DNA of 64,000 nucleotides from Endomicrobium sp. (GTDB lineage Bacteria; Elusimicrobiota; Endomicrobiia; Endomicrobiales; Endomicrobiaceae): NCBI GenBank assembly GCA_031290625.1, contig JAITND010000044.1, positions 1,470 through 65,469 of the forward strand, read 5' to 3'. Positions 59,293 through 64,000 of this stretch are shown here, in pieces. The position numbers were made by a program, and so were the translations under genes. The notes below the pieces were generated by a model. The model ran no database searches. It was given only the letters and a program-made list of their open reading frames with translations, and had not been told where the DNA came from. Every line of letters begins with the position of its first letter. The stretch's first letter is position 1.

Positions 59293-61227
59293 TCAATTTG
59301 CATTCTTTACTATATCTAAAAATACTTTATTTCTTGCATTTGCGTCCTGATACAAAGTTTCTGTTGATAAAATGTAAACATGACAAGGTTTAGGATCTCC
59401 ATCTTTATCTTTTATATTCCGATTATGATAATAAAATATAGATTCATTACCAACGGCAAATAATTCATATACCCCTTGTTGCGTTCTTAATCCTTTTTTA
59501 GTTTTATCATCCAAATGAGTTATAACGTAGCCATATAGTGTTTTTATATTATCTATCTCTTCTACTATTACTCCTAAATTTCTATTTATTTCAGTTATTG
59601 AAACCATTTTATTATCAGTTGTTGCCCCTATTGCTTTTAATTCCACAACTACTACATCTTTTTTATCTCCACTTTCATTATAAAAAATAGTTAAATCTGG
59701 TTCTTTTAAGGAGGATGATTTAGTATCGTCATTTTTTGCTATATGTTCTTTTATGGTCTTTATTTTTATATCACTAAACATCTTGGTATATGACATATAT
59801 TTATCATCTAACAACCAGATATTTGTATTGTAAATAGAACTTTCTGTATCCGCTTTATCAGACACAGTTCCCATGCTCATAAATAAATTATGCAATAATT
59901 TTTCTTTCTTATTCTTATCCTTGTTTAATTTATTTAAAGCATTTATAACATTTTGCCTATAATAAAAGTATTGTGCCAATTCTCTATTACACATATCATT
60001 AAGATGTGATATATTTTTTTGAAATTCATTAGTATCTATTTCATTAGTGGAAATCATTTTGATGAAATCATTTTTAACTTTTTCTTTTTCAGCCTTAAAT
60101 TCAGAATTAGCTTTTTTTAGCAATGCTTCTTTATCAGGCATCAAGCCAATACTTGTTTTTCTTATGTATTTTGCAAGATGTGGGTTTTCTTCTATACAGT
60201 CATTAATCATATCATTATTTTCTTCCTTTAAATTTGGATATTTTTCTGTAAGGATATTATCTACTTTGTTTTTCAATTCAATATTTATTTTTGGTATTGG
60301 AAGAGGATTATCGAGATTTGGATTATTTTCTTTGCAATTAAAAGTAAATTCATTCCTCACATCGTTAATTCTTTCATCAAAATATTTTGATGTTAAAAGA
60401 AACATTGAAGATGAATTGTCTGAAAAATTCTTAAAGCTAATATCTTTGGGAAATTGTGAAACTGTTCTACCGTCTGCACAATAAAACAATGTATGCCTAT
60501 TCTTTTTGTCTTCTATAAAATTATAATACAAGTCAAATTTAACATCTGTATTACCAATTTCTTCTTTTACTGAAAAAGACTCTTGTTTTAATTGTATGAT
60601 ATTATTGCTACTAATCACTTCCTTGTCTTTATCAATTTGCAATGTGATTTCAAAATTTTTATTTTTTTCCTTTTTCCATAGAAAAAAATTTACCATTAAA
60701 TGTTTCTCAATAGCATATTTTATTTCTTTTAAATCAGCATCTACTCTTTTATCATAATATCTATTTGTTACACTTGACAATGTAATGGTTGTTTTAATAT
60801 CAGCATTATTATAAGGAACAACTTGCATTGCGTTCTCTGAAAAGTTCTCGCTAAAATCTATATTAACTTTTTCTATTTTTGTGAAACTTTCTATTTTTAT
60901 ATCTTTGAAAACTTTTAGCCAAGTAAATCTTCCTATTCCCTTACAACCAAGTTGGACTTTATATCTTGACCAAAATTCTGAAAAAGAATTTCTATTATCT
61001 TCTGTAAATCCAACCCCGTTATCAGCAATTCTAAAACCTATAATTTTTGGCTTATAGTCTTTTTCATCCAGAGTTTGGTCTTTAACAAAAATTATATTTA
61101 TGTTAGTAGCCTCTGCTTCTATTGAATTAACAATAGCCTCATATAGTGGTTGCAAAAAACAAATAGAAGTATTTAATTTATCTAAAATACTCTGCATTGA
61201 TACTTTTACCATAGATGCGCTTGGCAT
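59293..61227 (-). CDS. GHKL (MutL/MORC-like) ATPase fused to C-terminal PD-(D/E)XK nuclease
   Basis: LYEAIVNSIEA, IADNGVGF, GCKGIGRF, T; central coiled coil; E.LLH..NIWLLDD..EPDL.IF....VVVELK; SD GGAG. Confidence 0.82.
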   Translation of the reverse strand: MPSASMVKVSMQSILDKLNTSICFLQPLYEAIVNSIEAEATNINIIFVKDQTLDEKDYKPKIIGFRIADNGVGFTEDNRNSFSEFWSRYKVQLGCKGIGRFTWLKVFKDIKIESFTKIEKVNIDFSENFSENAMQVVPYNNADIKTTITLSSVTNRYYDKRVDADLKEIKYAIEKHLMVNFFLWKKEKNKNFEITLQIDKDKEVISSNNIIQLKQESFSVKEEIGNTDVKFDLYYNFIEDKKNRHTLFYCADGRTVSQFPKDISFKNFSDNSSSMFLLTSKYFDERINDVRNEFTFNCKENNPNLDNPLPIPKINIELKNKVDNILTEKYPNLKEENNDMINDCIEENPHLAKYIRKTSIGLMPDKEALLKKANSEFKAEKEKVKNDFIKMISTNEIDTNEFQKNISHLNDMCNRELAQYFYYRQNVINALNKLNKDKNKKEKLLHNLFMSMGTVSDKADTESSIYNTNIWLLDDKYMSYTKMFSDIKIKTIKEHIAKNDDTKSSSLKEPDLTIFYNESGDKKDVVVVELKAIGATTDNKMVSITEINRNLGVIVEEIDNIKTLYGYVITHLDDKTKKGLRTQQGVYELFAVGNESIFYYHNRNIKDKDGDPKPCHVYILSTETLYQDANARNKVFLDIVKNAN

Positions 61228-61423
61228 TTATTACTCCAAATGAAACAATTGTATAAGGAAAATATCCGTTAAATCAATCAAATCTTTTATAATACCGTCT
61301 TTGGGATAAATTATTTTATGATACATAAACATTTTACAACTTTATCCTCTACAGTTCTATTTATCCGCCAATGTGTCGAATATATTTCTTCTACTCCGTT
61401 AAAACAGTCCTTTATTTTATGGT

Positions 61424-62662
61424 TTAAGAATTCATTGTCTTCTCGCAAATTACAATATACTCAGACAGCATAGTATTAACGGTTTTACCTTTTTCGTTAG
61501 TCGGCGAATTTTTTCTTGGCATAGATTTATTGCTTAATGCTCTCTCGTATGTGATTAAATGGTTAAATCCATTTTCTTCAAATTTTTCTGCGATAAATTG
61601 ATCTGTCGGTAATTGTACATTTTTAACGGTTCTGTCGCCAACCACATAAATTGCTTTACCGCCTTTACGTATGCTTCCCGCTACCTTCTTTATAGAACTT
61701 CCTAAATCATTATAAAAAGCTGAAACTTCTAATGCTCTTTTTTTATCGACGCTGTCAATTTGAGATATAAAATCGGCTATAACGCCATCTTTAATATTTT
61801 CTTTTAATTTTTGTCCGCCCATCAACATACTGTCTATTTTCCGAGCATACTCTATTCCTAACCATTCGTTAGAAAGAGTAGAGAATTGTCCATAAGCGAC
61901 CGTAGTGCGGCTATCGCCATAAGGCGGGCTTGTTAAAACAACATCAAAATTTTTATCTTCTTTGTTGAATTTTGAGTAGTAGACTTCAACAATAGTATTA
62001 TCTTTCAATTTCGGTAAATAGAAATATTTGTAATATGAAAACATATCGTCAAATTTTTTGAAATATAGTCCTATTACATCGGGATTAAAATTTAATATTT
62101 CTTCGGATTTCATACGGAATAATTTAAATTCATTATTACGCGTATAAGAGCATTCTCTAACTGTTTCTGAAAACTGGAGTAGGAAGAAATTCCGAATGTC
62201 GTTATCTTTAGTCTTATCTATAAAATACTTTATTACAGTAAGATTATTGATAACTTCTTTTGAAAACCAAAAATCAATATTGGTTATTTGCGGTCGCGGT
62301 AATGCTTCAATATTTTGTTCATTCTTTATAAAATCATATAAACTATCTCTGAAAGATTTGCGAGCTTCTAACAGTTTTTCAAGGGAAATTTTTGTAAATT
62401 TGACCTTTGAAAGCAAAACGGCAAGAGGATTTATGTCATAGCCATACATTTCTTTTATGCCGCGTTCCAGCCCGCTTGAAAAAGACGAGCCTGAACCGCA
62501 ATATGGGTCAAGCAGGCTTCCGTTATATATATTGAATTCTTTAAGTATATCTATACCTATTTGAGGCAACATTGTAGCAGGGTATTTATGTAAGTTAGGA
62601 TAAGAGGAGCTGTAAGATTGTCCTATATAATCGTATTTTGTATTTCTAATAACTTTATACAT
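61424..62662 (-). CDS. N4-cytosine DNA methyltransferase (M.MvaI-like)
   Basis: LHKYPA.M.PQI, LDPYCGSG (motif I), DINPLA, TSPPYGD (motif IV); TAATG coupling to REase. Confidence 0.9.
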   Translation of the reverse strand: MYKVIRNTKYDYIGQSYSSSYPNLHKYPATMLPQIGIDILKEFNIYNGSLLDPYCGSGSSFSSGLERGIKEMYGYDINPLAVLLSKVKFTKISLEKLLEARKSFRDSLYDFIKNEQNIEALPRPQITNIDFWFSKEVINNLTVIKYFIDKTKDNDIRNFFLLQFSETVRECSYTRNNEFKLFRMKSEEILNFNPDVIGLYFKKFDDMFSYYKYFYLPKLKDNTIVEVYYSKFNKEDKNFDVVLTSPPYGDSRTTVAYGQFSTLSNEWLGIEYARKIDSMLMGGQKLKENIKDGVIADFISQIDSVDKKRALEVSAFYNDLGSSIKKVAGSIRKGGKAIYVVGDRTVKNVQLPTDQFIAEKFEENGFNHLITYERALSNKSMPRKNSPTNEKGKTVNTMLSEYIVICEKTMNS

Positions 62663-63342
62663 TATAAATCCTTTATGTTATTAAAGAGTAATGGCAGTTT
62701 ATCTTCATAAGTTCTAAATCCTGTTCCATGATTTCGCGCCATTGTCCCTTTATCGTGCAATCGTAAATCAACCAATATATTTTCAGCGCGGAATTGGTCT
62801 GATAATAATTCAGGAGAAGTTCCTTTCATTAATTGCGCTCTGTAATAATGAAAATATTCTACTCCGTCTCTTTCTTCTGTAAATGTAGAAACAAAAAGTA
62901 AAGCCGGTATTTTCTGCATAAATCTGTCTGCTAATGTTTGAAGTTGCCAAACAGCGACAACTTCTCCAGATATATGCCTGACTGATATTTCTGTTTTCCG
63001 AACATCAAGGAAAAGCCCTGCACTATTTGGCTTCAAAGACATTGTGTAATATAATCCATGTCTTCCGTCTTTATTTTTGCTTCCATACTCTTTTACAGCG
63101 TCTAACGAATGCATTTTCCAAACTTTGTTGTTAAATGTAAATAATGTAATCAACCCGTTAACATTCGTTCTGTGCGCTTTTAATTCTGCGCCGTCAATAT
63201 CTGGTTGAGCTTTGTTATTTTCGGTAATTTCTAAAAGACTTTCTAATGTGTATCCTATACCTGTAGCGCCAGAACGTTTTGCGCGAACAAAACCCATATC
63301 TTTAATGCTTTTAAATTTATCCTTGAATTCTGAAATTTTCAC
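62662..63342 (-). CDS. MvaI/BcnI-family type II restriction endonuclease
   Basis: TGIGYTLE.LL.I.ENN...PD....ELK..R, LITLF, RNHGTGFR; GTG start. Confidence 0.88.
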   Translation of the reverse strand: MKISEFKDKFKSIKDMGFVRAKRSGATGIGYTLESLLEITENNKAQPDIDGAELKAHRTNVNGLITLFTFNNKVWKMHSLDAVKEYGSKNKDGRHGLYYTMSLKPNSAGLFLDVRKTEISVRHISGEVVAVWQLQTLADRFMQKIPALLFVSTFTEERDGVEYFHYYRAQLMKGTSPELLSDQFRAENILVDLRLHDKGTMARNHGTGFRTYEDKLPLLFNNIKDL

Positions 63343-63343
63343 T

Positions 63344-63529
63344 TTAATATCCGTTTATCATATCTTCTATCTCTTGTGTTTTCTGCAAACTCTTTTTTAA
63401 TAGGGTTGTCGCTTCTGATGACAATCTATCAATGTATTTTTGAACTTTATTTGAAATGCTAAGAATTTCTATATTATAAATATCAGAGAGTTTTAATTTG
63501 GGAAGCCTTTTGGATTTTAAAGACGGAAA
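63344..63529 (-). pseudogene. HsdS-like (type I specificity subunit) C-terminal remnant
   Basis: PKLKLSDIYNIEILSISNKVQKYIDRLSSEATTLLKKSLQKTQEIEDMINGY* resembles TRD end plus conserved helix; stop abuts REase start. Confidence 0.5.
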
Positions 63530-63622
63530 TTATAACAAATTCAATTTTTTAGCACCGTCAGAACTTGCAAGGTTATCTAATCTTTGCAAGATAGGTTCTT
63601 TTAATCTTATTGACAATTGCAT
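63530..63622 (-). pseudogene. Truncated ribbon-helix-helix (CopG/RelB-like) regulator
   Basis: Strong SD AAGGGAGG; MQLSIRLKEPILQRLDNLASSDGAKKLNLL* matches RHH strand plus helix 1. Confidence 0.55.
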
Positions 63623-64000
63623 TTTGACCTCCCTTATATATAGCAAAACAATAACCCTATTATCAAATTATACCCTCTTTTGCTGTTTTAACATTGCTCG
63701 TTTAGTATTTTAATGTCTGCCCCCAGCTCGCGTACTTTTAAATTTTGACAAAAGCGATTTGTTATGATAAACTTAGTAAACTTAGATAAATATGAAGATG
63801 TTTGGTTAGCGGCAAAATAAAAACCATACTCCAAGCAGAAATAGAGAAGGAAATGGCGTTAAATAAAATGGAATAAATTCTTCAATATACGGTAACAAGA
63901 AGTTAGATAAACTAGACAATTTTGCCAGAGATCAAATTTAAGGTTTTTTAGAAAAGAAAGTCTCTTGTCCGCGCCAAGCAAAACCGGAAAACCGTTGCGC

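Noticed and set aside
61424-63342. Assigning the RM recognition site from site avoidance
   Set aside because: Both CCWGG and CCSGG occur in the window and I cannot compute expected counts; specificity left open.
63770-64000. Degenerate Walker-A-like text (LLSAPSKTGK) suggesting a helicase remnant
   Set aside because: Multiple stops, a weak match and truncation by the window end.

Overview
AT-rich bacterial chromosomal window. Gene content, protein style and heavy pseudogenisation suggest a host-associated Elusimicrobiota lineage such as Endomicrobium; this is inference, not tested. 1-16.1 kb holds the S10-spc-alpha ribosomal supercluster (rplD to rplQ, secY, adk, map, infA, rpmJ, rpoA). It lacks rpmD and carries two foreign insertions: a PEGA-domain lipoprotein with a twin-arginine-like signal between rplX and rplE, and about 0.8 kb of orphan/decayed coding sequence between rplO and secY. 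16.2-24.4 kb is the mreBCD-mrdA-rodA-M23-bactofilin(frameshifted)-SurA-like cell-shape cluster. 24.5-55.6 kb is mostly housekeeping and transport: maf, argF, sirtuin, metNIQ, DAACS symporter, OprB porin, Rrf2, glmU, prs, rplY, pth, rlmB, a short pyk, ZIP, a Cas4-like nuclease/RmuC/RNase H run, CPA2 antiporter, TIGR03960 radical SAM, Rne/Rng, PBP1A, nadK, recN. 55.6-64 kb is an AT-richer accessory region with a dead HEPN-MNT toxin-antitoxin pair, decayed glycosyltransferases around an intact FkbM methyltransferase, and an apparently intact defence island: MvaI/BcnI-family endonuclease, m4C methyltransferase and a GHKL-ATPase/PD-(D/E)XK nuclease fusion, preceded by RHH and HsdS-like remnants. 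About ten pseudogenes or remnants were read directly from the sequence. No rRNA, tRNA, CRISPR array or IS element was recognised.
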